NCBI GenBank assembly: GCA_028023455.1
Contig: JAQFVV010000003.1
Location: 3,286,001-3,350,000, forward strand
Source: Epiperipatus broadwayi
Taxonomy: Eukaryota > Animalia > Onychophora
DNA: 64,000 bases
Direction of reading: 5' to 3'
Shown here: positions 1-10,752 of the stretch, piece after piece
Layout: every line of letters begins with the position of its first letter
Numbering within the stretch: position 1 is the first letter of the stretch
Notes under the pieces: generated by a model
Database searches by the model: none
What the model saw: only the letters and a program-made list of their open reading frames with translations
What the model was told of the DNA's origin: nothing
Position numbers and translations under genes: made by a program

Positions 1-168
1 ATAATTACATGATGATTAGCAGCTGCTTGTAAATGAGAATATCAATCCTAATATTTAAAAAAATGGGGGAGATAAACCAAAAAGTTAAAAATGAATTTAT
101 GATAGCTATACAAACTAATTCTTGAAAATAAATATATATATATAACATGCCAGACATTTAGTTTGTAT

Positions 169-2290
169 TGTAATGATCTGGAGAAAGAGAGCATAACGTC
201 ATCTGCACTACAGGGCGCCATCTAGGCATTTGAACCTAGAAAAATTTATAAAGTAGGCAGATACGTAAGTCAAAAAAAAATTTATTTTTTTTAATAAATA
301 TATTTTGATATCCGGTCGTTAGCCCAAGTCACTAGCTCAGGGAGTAGCAGAGATTTAATAATATAATATCTTATCTAATTATATTTCAGTATTAAAAAAT
401 AAATAAAATAAGCCACTGCCAGTAATTAACATACAAACATTTATTTACGCACATATATATATAAAATTTAACATTATTATTTTAGTATATTTATTTTAGA
501 TTTTAATTTGATTTTATAATTTTAATTTACATTTTAATTTTTATAATATTATAAGTTTACATTTTAATTAAGTTCGCACAGATTTGTTTAAACATGTTGA
601 GTATAGATCGGTTACATAGATTACACGGCTAAAACATTTCAAAATAAACATAAACGATCAAAATACAAAAACATTGATACCATCAATTGCATAGGGAATA
701 CAAGAAACCCACTGGTATTCATCGTAAGATACCGCAATGGCACCAATAACTTAAAAGACATCCGAATAAATACATTTTAGATAATCACAGTAAGGTATCA
801 GTATTTACCGAATGTCTATATATATTTTGATCGAACATGGAAACCAAAAACATAATTAGCCGGTAACGAATCCATGCAAGCATCTATAAACAACTTAAAT
901 TTAATGCATTTTTATTTAGTGTCAAGTATGAATAGACTACATAGATTTGCATTTGAAAAGAAAATATTCTATCCTTATTTAACCTTAGGCCAAAAGTTCG
1001 CAGTCAAACTAACGCCAATTCATCTGATATATCGATGTATTCAATGTAATACGAAATACTGCAGCACAAAAAGTTAAGAGAAGAAATTGCCTCTCGTCAG
1101 ATAGGAATATTACATCTATCAGACAAGAAGAGCAATAAAAAAAAACTCCATAGAAAGGAACTGCGGTCTCCAACTTATAATTCCTTCCATAGGCAAACGG
1201 GTGAGTGCAGCATATACAAATGATTCTGCCCGTAGCGAATCTTGCATTACATCTACTAACTACACCAATATATCCAATCCATTGACCCAATTTAACTACG
1301 AAACAAATAACCTAAGATTACCCTCCCCTAATATAACTTTACAAATCTATACAACCATTCATGCCCGACTTAAGTTTAATATTTATATAACTAGTTTAAT
1401 GAAAAACAGAAATCATAATAAAACTTAAAGAACAAATAAATAAATAAATAAATGGAAATGATTTTACAAAAGAAATACATTAAATAAAATTATAACTAAT
1501 TAATAAATAATGTTGGTCAGATAGGATTCTATTTCTTAATTATTTTAAATATGGAAAGTTTTTAATTTAATGTTCATTAATCATAAAGTTCTTATGGTTT
1601 AAAACAGTTCATCTTTATCTGTTGCTTGCCATTTGAACGTGAATCCACATTAAATTGCCCGACGATCCTGTTGTCCTCAGTATAAGAAAAGCGTTGTTTC
1701 ATTTTTCCATTTTTATAACAAGTGAAGGAATTGAAAGTGCGTCTTTCAATCCCTTCACCTCCAACTCTCCGACTTAACACATCTCAGTCCTCTCTTAATA
1801 ATTAAATCAAAATCACTTTTTATTTCCAAATTTTTTCTTTTATACATAACTTTATGATCTAATGGACGTTACGTCATCGTTGATGATGATCCTTCCATTG
1901 AGGTCTGATTTCCCCATTGGATTTCTTTCATTGGCCATTCTGTTCCTATTGTTTTCCTATCTGACCATTGCTTATACATTTTAGATGCCCAAGGCTAGTT
2001 TACTAATTAAAATAATCATTTCCATTTTACAACAGATTAATTAATCTGTTTTCAAACTTAAATATATATTTTTATCTCTAAATCTTTTCTGAAAATTTGG
2101 TTTTAAAATACTTTTTCTTTAATAAAGTTTTATTTTAATAATTATTTATCTGTGCGATTTTATATATATGCGAGTTTAAGATGATTTTTTTTATTTTTAA
2201 TTCTTAAAAAAAAAGTTTTTATTGGCGAACTTTTATTCTTTTAATGTTTACTACTAAAAAACAATGTAACGTACGTATGTTCCTGTTACA
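169..2290 (-). repeat. 3' LTR of the outer element (2122 bp)
   Basis: TGTAA...TTACA termini; colinear homology to 5405-7569. Confidence 0.88.
1819..1990 (-). promoter_or_regulatory. LTR promoter cassette: CCAAT-like boxes, CRE-like TGACGTAA, TATAAAA, then AATAAA
   Basis: Minus strand: several CCAAT/CAAT motifs at ~1890-1990, TGACGTAA 1869-1876, TATAAAA 1838-1844, AATAAA 1819-1824. Same order and same 13-nt TATA-to-AATAAA gap in the other LTR (7150-7157, 7119-7125, 7100-7105). Confidence 0.6.
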
Positions 2291-2404
2291 TATCAGTAAA
2301 CTTGCTTAAAAAAAAATAAACAAAAAAAAAAAAATTTTACTTAGGGTTAGTAATTACAGTACACGATTAACAAAATTTACAAAACATTCAGTTAGTATAA
2401 AGAC

Positions 2405-2839
2405 TGTTGTATTCGTTGTGAGAAATAAACAGCGAGTTTACTAGAGACAATTTACTCCAGAAGTTTTCGATTTATTTTATTGAAAGTAAAAATAATTATA
2501 ATGGAAAATAATTATAATTAAAAAACAAGTTGTGGAATTATTTTTATCAGAGATAAAAATAACTACTTAAAGTAAGAACAATAAAACGGATTTGGAAAAC
2601 ACGCGATTAAGTTTTCAGAATGTAGCAGATAAGACTTAACAAAAGAACTCAGAGGTATATATAAACTGCTAAAGGAAAACATCGCACAGTTGTTACAGTC
2701 TTGTTAACAGAAGTGGATACGTAAAGCTATTAAGAGCTATTTGCGGCACAACGGTTTTAAGAGTTGTTCAGCCAAGTTTCAATCGGATTGTAAGTGTTTT
2801 CCTACCCCTCTGTAAAAGCTTAGGGGTGAAGACATTACA
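2405..2839 (+). repeat. 5' LTR of nested element
   Basis: 435 bp; 11 substitutions versus 4360-4794 by manual count. Confidence 0.93.
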
Positions 2840-2929
2840 AGATTGGTGCAGTCTAAGTTTTGAACCTAGTAAAACTTGAAAGAATAAGCGAAAAGAGAAA
2901 GTCAACCGATACATTTTGAAACAAGTAAA

Positions 2930-4321
2930 ATGTCATTAGGACAAAGCAGTATTTCTGAATTTAGCATTGAAAATGCTGAGGAATGGCCTCTATATATAAT
3001 GCAATTAGAAAAATTTTTCAAGTTAAATGGGATAAAAAATAATGAAAAAAAAGTGGCCGCACTTTTATGTTTAGGAGGACGCAAAGTCATAGAAATTATT
3101 AATAAATTATGGGATGGACCGATAACTGATGGAGTACAGTTTGAAGATATAGTTAAAAAATTAACGGAGTATTTTAGCCCAAAGCCGTCTAGACATGTAG
3201 CTAGATTAACTCTGAGAAATAGAAAACAAGCCAGGGAGGAAAAAATTAGAGACTATGATATAGCATTAAAACAGCTGGCAAAAAACTGTGATTATGACAA
3301 AAGATTATGACAGACATTGTTAACGGAAAGCGACTTATCATACGATGTGGCTATTAAAAAAGGAATAGCATATGAAGCAGTAATTGAGCAAGCCATAGCT
3401 TTTAGAAACAACTCAGAAGAGACCAGAAAGATGGCAGTTTACAAAACAGATCAAAGCCAGCAGCCGAAGGATGAAAATATTTATAGAGAGAAAATGTTAA
3501 CAGTGAAATGTTTTTGCTGTGGTAAAACTGGCCATGTATCTAAAAATTGTAAATGGAGAAAAGAAAACTGTTTTAACTGCGGATTTAAAGGACATTTAGC
3601 AGCTGTATGCAAAAAACCATGACAAACAAAATGTAATCCAAGCACAGATGATACAACATATACCATTGGCTATGTATCAACTAAGGGAAAAAGCAGGGCT
3701 GTGAGAAATAGGACTTTTTCGCAAAGACAAAGACAGATCACTAAACTACAAGAATTGGATTCACGTAACCAAAAATTAGCTGCCATGCTTGAGAGAAAAA
3801 CGCAATCGAAGATACAACTCAACTTGCAATTTAAAGAACTATCGAAAGAAGTGCACAAATTAAAACTGGATGTTTATGAATTAAATAAATTAAAAGAAGA
3901 ACTTGAACAACAAAATTCAGAATTTAGTAAAACATTACAAAGCAAATTTTCAGAATGTCAGACTTTTGAAAGATCGAACGAAGATTTGAAAAGCGAACTC
4001 ACAACATCACAATTATCCGAACAGGTAGAGAGTTGGCAGCAGTATGAAATGGAACTACAGAAAAAGATGGCCGAAAGTAAAAATAAAATTGACACGTTCG
4101 AAGATTTTTTAGAACGGAAATCTTTAGACAGTGAGCGGCCAGAGACAAAAACCACAGAACAGAAAAAAACCCAGAGTCTCTCCAAGCGAAAGAAAAAAGC
4201 ACTCAAAGTGGCGAGGAAAAAGAAGAGTTTAGACAAAGTTCAAGGTTATATCGATTAATAGGAAAAATCAAGTTCTCCAAACTGAAAAAGAAAACCGCGC
4301 ATATTGGATGATTATGCATAA
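2930..4321 (+). pseudogene. gag: Gag (two CCHC zinc knuckles) fused in frame to a coiled-coil and basic tail; interrupted by in-frame stops only
   Basis: ORFs 2930-3310, 3317-3622 and 3701-4258 and the tail to 4321 share one frame. Motifs CFCCGKTGHVSKNC and CFNCGFKGHLAAVC; heptad-rich LQ/LE/LK segment; ends KRKPRILDDYA like a Gypsy pol C-terminus. Confidence 0.85.
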
Positions 4322-4359
4322 CGTAAATAAACTCTAACTTCTGGAGTGAGAGGAGGAAG

Positions 4360-4794
4360 TGTTGTATTCGTTGTGAGAAATAAACAGCAAGTTTACTAGA
4401 GACAATTTACTCCAGAAATTTTTGATTTATTTTATTGAAAGTAAAAATAATTATAATGGAAAATAATTATAATTAAAAAACAAGTTGTGGAATTATTTTT
4501 ATCAGAGATAAAAATAACTACTTAAAGTAAGTACAATAAAACGGATTTGGAAAACACGCGATTAAGTTTTCAGAATGTAGCAGATAAGACTTAACAAAAG
4601 AACTCAGAGGTATATATAAACTGCTAGAGGAAAACATCACACAGTTGTTACAGTCTTGTTAACAGAAGTGGATACGTAAAGCTATTAAGAGCTATTTGCG
4701 GCACAACGGTTTTAAGAGTTGTTCAGCCGAGTTTCGATCGGATTGTAAGTGTTTTTCTACCCCTCTGTAAAAGCTTAGGGGCAAAGACATTACA
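4360..4794 (+). repeat. 3' LTR of nested element
   Basis: 435 bp; preceded by a polypurine tract. Confidence 0.93.
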
Positions 4795-5383
4795 AAGACT
4801 ATATACAAAAAAAGAAAAATGTTGACCATCGCTTTCCTAAGGACCATTTACGTTCACCTCCTCCCCACAAGAGTTTTATTTTTTTATACATTTTATTTTT
4901 ACACACGGCATGACAAGCAAATTTTATAAATTATTTATTTAAGAGGTTGCATTGAGGTAAATATGTTTTGAAAGATAATGGGTTTAAACATGTATATATG
5001 AAGCACAATTATAAATACCACCAACTTATTTATGACTGATTGAAATGCATACATAGGGTTACACTGGAGTAATTCCCAAAGGTACTCATCATAAGGCACC
5101 ACATTTCGATCATAAACTTACGTGGCTGTGCGCGCCTATACACGTTAAAGCATAATTTATATTAACAAAAAAAAAAACATATCAATTGCAACCTTTTGAC
5201 TTTCTTTTTCACAAAATACAATTTAATATTATTAATACTTTCTCGTGTTTAATATATGTGCTATTTCTTTCTGGCAGTGCTTTTATAAGATTTAAAGTAT
5301 TCGACTTTATGCAAACAGATAAACATATTTTATTTTGAAAAAAGAAATTTACTCAGGGTATACGTGGTTTTTATTAATAGATT

Positions 5384-5402
5384 GGCCCAAGTTGGGTGGC
5401 CA
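5384..5402 (-). promoter_or_regulatory. Primer-binding site, tRNA-Lys(CTT)-like
   Basis: Minus strand TGGCCACCCAACTTGGGCC lies 2 nt after the LTR; resembles the Lys1,2 PBS TGGCGCCCAACGTGGGGC with a few mismatches and one insertion. Confidence 0.6.
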
Positions 5403-5404
5403 GT

Positions 5405-7569
5405 TGTAATGATCTGGAGAAAGAGCTTACCGTGATCTGCACTACAGGGCGCCATCTAGGCATTTGAACTTAGAAAAATTTATAAAGTAGGCAGATACCT
5501 AAGTCAAAAAAAAAATTTTTTTTTATTTTAATAAATATATTTTGATATCCAGTCGTTAGCCCATGTCACTAGCTCAGGGAGTAGCAGAGATTTAATAATA
5601 TCATATCTTATCTAATTATATTTCAATATTAAAAAATAAATAAAATAAGCCACTGCCAGTAATTAACATACAAAAATTTATTTACGCACATATATATATA
5701 AGATTTAACATTATTATTTTAATATGTTTACTTTAACATTTAACATTATTTTTACATTTATTTTAGATTTTTAATTTACATTTTAAATTTTATACTATTA
5801 TTAGTTCGCACAGATTTGTTTAAAAATGTTGAGTATAGATCGGTTACATAGATTCCACGGTCAAAAACATTTCAAAATAAACATAAACGATCAAAATACA
5901 AAATCATTGATACCATCAATTGCAGAGGGAAATTTATAAGTAACCCAATAGCATTTACCATAAGATGCTTGCATTAACACTAATAACTTAAAAGACATCC
6001 GAATAAATACATTTTAGATACTCACCGTAAGGTATCAGTATTTACCGAATTTCTATATATATTTTGATCGAATATGAAAACCAAAAACATAATCAACCGG
6101 TCATGAACCCATGCAAGTGTCTATACCCAACTTAAATTTAATGCATCTTTATTTAGAGTGTCGAGTATGAATAGACTACATAGATTTGCATTTGAAAAAA
6201 AAAAATTCAATCCTTGTTTAACCTTAGGCCAAAGGTTCGCAGTCAAACCAAACTTCAATCCATCTGATATATCGATGTGTTCAATGTAATACGAATACGG
6301 CAGCACAATTAAGTTAAGAGAAGAAACTGCTTCTCGTCAGATAGGAATATTACATCTATCAGACAAGAAGAGCAATAAAAAAAAACTCCATCAAAAGGAA
6401 CAGCGTTCTACGTCTTATAATCACTTCCATAGGCAAAATGGAAGTTTGCAGCATATAATAGCGATTCTGCTCATAGCGAATCTCGTACTACATCTACTAA
6501 TTACACCAATATATCCAATCCATTGACCTAATTCAACTACGAAATGAATAACCTAAGATTACCCTCCCCTAATATAACTTTACAAATCTATATAGCCATT
6601 CACGCCCGACTTAAGTTTAATATTTATATAACTAGTTTAATGAAAAACAGAAATCATAATAAAACTTAAAGAACAAATAAATAAATGGAAATGATTTTAC
6701 AAAAGAAATACATTAAATAAAATTATAACTAATTAATAAATAGCGTTGGTCAGATAGGATTCTATTTCTTAATTATTTTAAATACGGAAAGTTTTTAATT
6801 TAATGTTCATCAATTATAAAGTTCTTACAGTTTAAAACAGTTCATCTTTATCTGTTGCTTGCCATTTGAACATGAATTCCCATGCCGTCCTAAAAAGATT
6901 GGTTGAGTTAGCCGTTATTTTTTATTTATTTATCCGGAGGTCTTTTAGTTTAGTTGGTCCTTAATGTAGAAAAAAAAAAGATGTCATTTCTCTTTTTTTT
7001 TTTTTAACAAAACTGAAGGGATTGAAGAGAGCGTCTTTTTAATTCCTTCTCCTTCAACTCCACACTAACACATATAGTCACATCGTAATTACTAATTAAT
7101 TTATTTTTCAATCTTTCCTTTTATAATAATTTTGTGGATTAACTCAACATTACGTCATGATGGTGAAAACCTTTTCGTTGAGGTCCGATTTTCCAATGGA
7201 TTTCTTTCATTTGCTAAAAGTTTCTATTGTTTTCCTATCTGACCGTTGCTTATACATTTTAGATGCCCAAGGCTAGTTTACTAATTAAAATAATCATTTC
7301 CATTTTACAACAGATTAATTAATCTGTTTTCAAACTTAAACATATATTTTTATCTCTAAATCTTTTCTGAAAATTTAGTTTTAAAATACTTTTTCTTTAA
7401 TAAAGTTTTGTTTTAATAATTATTTATCTGTGCGATTTTATATATATGTGAGTTTAAAATGTTTTTTTGTTATTTTTAATTCTTAAAAAAGAAGTTTTTA
7501 TTAGTGAACTTTTATTCTTTTAATGTTTACTACTAAAAAACAATGTAACGTACGTATGTGCCCGTTACA
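5405..7569 (-). repeat. 5' LTR of the outer element (2165 bp)
   Basis: TGTAA...TTACA termini; colinear homology to 169-2290; followed on the minus strand by a PBS-like motif. Confidence 0.88.
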
Positions 7570-7588
7570 GTATATATATATATATTTC

Positions 7589-7644
7589 ATATGTCAAATG
7601 CGAACCCGGGCCAGCTGCTGGAAAGGCAGCTATCCTAACCACTG
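7589..7644 (-). repeat. Truncated tRNA-Gly(TCC)-derived SINE or pseudogene
   Basis: Minus strand AGTGGTTAGGATAGCTGCCTTTCCAGCAGCTGGCCCGGGTTCG resembles the tRNA-Gly-TCC D-arm, anticodon arm and B box; shares the 3' flank TTTGACATA with the 20240-20330 copy. Confidence 0.7.
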
Positions 7645-7809
7645 TCTTTCAATCTCTTATGCAGAAAATCATTCTGAAAGATTTCAACATCTTGCCTAAT
7701 TGGACTCTTCATTGTATCCTATCTTCGGGCAAGTTTTCCTAAATGAAAACTCTATCTAATAACACTGATACACTCAAGCACATCATATATGCTGAAAAGA
7801 TAAATAATC

Positions 7810-7853
7810 ACCAATATACGTATTTTATGCTAAACCAGCAATCATCAGTTGGT
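7810..7853 (-). ncRNA. Minimal type I hammerhead ribozyme motif (family A; G12 mutated)
   Basis: ACCAA-CTGATGA-TTGCTGGTTTAGCAT-AAAA-TACGTA-TA/TTGGT; stem I ACCAA/TTGGT; palindromic ATACGTAT; GAAA changed to AAAA. Confidence 0.75.
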
Positions 7854-8468
7854 CCAGATTAACATCTCCCACACATATATACTATAAGTGCTTAGATATA
7901 TATTAAGATAGACAATCTTCATACTTTAATGGACAGGCTCCAATCTACTACACACTCCAACTTTTCAACCTTCCATCCAATTGAAAATCTGATGATGGAA
8001 TGCTCAAAGGCCACCCTGAGGCTGAGATTCTTGTCACACCTATGTTGACAAAGGTCGGTCTGAACCCCACATGTACAGGACATAATCCATTTAATACATA
8101 TGCAAGGATGGGCAGACATCTCTAGAATGTAATAACTGAAACACAGGCTTATTATATACCTGTGTCTATATATGTAATATATAGAGTATATGATTGTAGA
8201 GATTTCTGCCCATCCTTGCATATGTATTAAATGGATTATGTCCTGTACATGTGGGGTTCAGATTGACCTTCGGTCAACATAGGTGTGACAAGAATCTCGG
8301 CCTCAGGGTGGCCTTTGAGCATTCCATCATCAGATTTTCAATTGGATGGAAGGTTGAAAACTTGTAGTGTGTAGTAGATTGGAGCCTGTCCATTAAAGTA
8401 TGAAGATTGTCTATCTTAATATATATCTAACCACTTATAGTATATATGTGTGGGAGATATTAATCTGG

Positions 8469-8512
8469 ACCAACTGATGATTGCTGGTTTAGCATGAAAT
8501 ACCTATATTGGT
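8469..8512 (+). ncRNA. Minimal type I hammerhead ribozyme motif (family A)
   Basis: ACCAA-CTGATGA-T-TGC-TGGTTTA-GCA-T-GAAA-TACCTA-TA/TTGGT; intact CUGAUGA and GAAA; predicted AUA cleavage after 8507. Confidence 0.82.
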
Positions 8513-10674
8513 GATTATTTATCTTTTCAGCATATATGTTCTTGAGTGTATCAGTGTTATTAGATAGAGTGGAGAGTGATGGGTTGTCTGAAAGTCTGTG
8601 CTCATATACCCTATATATTACATATATAGACACAGGTATATAATAAGTCTGTGTTTCAGTTATTACTAAATGAAAACTGTAAAATATTCAATTTATAATT
8701 AATAAATTTAGTTATAGTGCTGTGAAATAAATCGATAAAAGAAATGTTTAATTAATTAAACTAAGTTTAAAAATAAAAGCTTTGAATAGAGACAAACAAA
8801 ATAAATGTATATATTAATTGTGTAGATCTTAAAGATTATGCTATATGGAAATAAATTTCTAAGATAAATGGGAAATTAGTATGCATAATTAAAAGGTTAA
8901 GAGAATTTTTGTTGTACCATAACTGTAGATTTATGGGCAGATAACAAACTCTAAATCTAATAATAATTAAATTGTTTAAGCAGAACTAATTAAAATAAGT
9001 CAAATTACTCCAGAAAAGATAAGAAAATAAAAGAAGAGGGGGAATATAAAAAGCTAGAGAAAAAGGACTGTGTGCACTTTTGGGGGTGCTGCTTGCTGTT
9101 GCTAATTTCACGAGTTGAAGTTGCAGTGAAGATCAACATCGGTGGACTTCATTCTCAGGATCTTCGCTCTTGTAAGTAACTAAGCTGATTAGGACTTTTA
9201 GCAAACCATTCCAGTCTTATTATTATTTTATGAAATGCCTCAAGAAACTGTGTAGTGAAGGTAAAGTACATGGTTGTTTACTTAAACTGTAGGAACATTT
9301 TATTCATTTATTCATTATTTAACTTGATGAGTTATGCTCACACAAGTGTGGACTTATATGTATATTGAAGATTTGATTAGTAACAACTGTTTAATTGTAA
9401 ATAAATTGTCTTAATACTATTTATATATGTTGTTGTCTGTTAACGTCAATTGTGTATTCATGTTTGCTGGCTGACTGATCATAGTCAGGGACACATCAAA
9501 AACAAACAATATTGATCTTCTTTAGAACATTTTTGAACTAATATTTATATTCTAAATGCATTCTACATCATTCATGATATCGGCTCAAGTTTTTTCATTC
9601 ATTTTAACATCAATCCATTTGCCTTTATAATATAATTAATACAATCCCTCTCAGTATACAAAGAACTTGCCAAATATCCTGCCATAATACTTTACTAATA
9701 TTAAAGAGGACTAATGGATTATATTTTTATAAAATCTTTGTTATGGTTATAGAAGGTTCTGTGCAGCAAAATAATAGGCTTGTATACAACTATATCTAAT
9801 TGGAATATTTATGTGATGAAATACTGTTATTTTTTAACTTGTGAAATGCAGGTGAAATATTTTGAAGCTGCCTCCAAGATAATGTATTTGAACTGGTCTT
9901 TCTTAAAATAATTCACATTTTTAAGCTGATAATCATTTGAAACAAAAGTTGCTGAACATTTATAATATATATTTTTCTAAATTTTAATGTAACATAAAGG
10001 TAAAATAGCCTACACAATCATATATATATATTAAGGTAAATTAAAAGTGTGTATATGTGTGTTTATAATTCTATACTGAAGTAGAATATACTTATATAGA
10101 TAATAGTCATGCATTTAGTTTCAAAAGAATCTAAAAATACACAAAAATATGTAATTAAAATTATGCAATAATAAACAGCAATTAATAAAAATTACAAAAT
10201 ACTTTTCTTTATTTTGCTGTAATATCCTATAAATACAATTTTTTAAGAGATTAAAGTAAACTGGTCCTGAAGAAGACTGCAGAATAGTCAAAACATAGAT
10301 ATATGGGTATATATATACAAATAAAGAGTTTGCTAAAAAGTGTTCCAAGCAATTAATAATTAAGAAATTCCGTAATCAGTAATTAGAAAGTAATAATTTT
10401 TATAAATTGTGAACTATGAAAAACCAGACAATACATGGTAACACAGAAACGCTATATTGTCATACTTCATTAAAGAATGCTAGGCATCCTATTACTCTAA
10501 AAAATAATAGGAGTAAAGGGAATATAAACTCTAACCACATAATTCACTGGGTTGACTCATGATTTAATAAGATGCACTTAGATAACTACCTCTGGAAATG
10601 CCATAGTAGAACTAGGTGTGATTGTGTAATTTGCCCTGCTCTTATTTTTATTTGATGTATGCCCTATTGGTTTA

Positions 10675-10676
<2 letters not shown>

Positions 10677-10748
<72 letters not shown>
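10677..10748. repeat. (TA)36 microsatellite
   Basis: Direct reading. Confidence 0.97.

Positions 10749-10752
<4 letters not shown>

Larger units (their letters stand above)
2405..4794 (+). mobile_element. Nested non-autonomous Gypsy-type LTR element (gag + coiled-coil, no pol)
   Basis: 435-bp LTRs 2405-2839 and 4360-4794 (TG...CA); 5-bp TSD AAGAC (2400-2404, 4795-4799); TGG-initiated PBS-like motif at 2844; purine tract GAGTGAGAGGAGGAAG before the 3' LTR. Confidence 0.93.
169..7569 (-). mobile_element. Non-autonomous LTR retroelement with ~2.1 kb LTRs and ~0.7 kb non-coding interior (contains a nested element)
   Basis: Direct repeats 169-2290 and 5405-7569 both start TGTAA and end TTACA. 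4-bp TSD GTAT at 165-168 and 7570-7573. PBS-like sequence and promoter motifs are on the minus strand. Confidence 0.88.
7752..8666 (+). mobile_element. Family A HHR-bearing non-coding retroelement: one 474-nt monomer (8193-8666) plus inverted 5' segment (7752-8192)
   Basis: Flanked by TSD (C)TAAATGAAAACT (7739/7740-7751, 8666/8667-8678). The inverted segment crosses the monomer end-to-start junction. Homologous to 35532-36056 and 57895-58135. Confidence 0.85.

Noticed and set aside
2291-2302. TATCAG after the left LTR as a tRNA-Met PBS (plus orientation)
   Set aside because: Lacks the TGG, the match is only 6 nt, and there is no PPT before the right LTR. Minus-strand PBS and promoter motifs fit better.
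3308-3625. Programmed UGA-C readthrough at both gag stops
   Set aside because: Both are equally explained by CGA-to-TGA decay, which is demonstrably frequent in this element's LTRs, and further stops follow.
8129-8666. Family A as a MITE with long terminal inverted repeats
   Set aside because: The inverted portion differs in length between copies, the TSD is 12-13 bp and brackets the larger structure, and the inverted piece crosses a head-to-tail junction. This fits retrotransposition with inversion.
8680-9500. Solo-LTR-like segment
   Set aside because: LTR-like composition but no partner, TSD or clear termini visible in the window.
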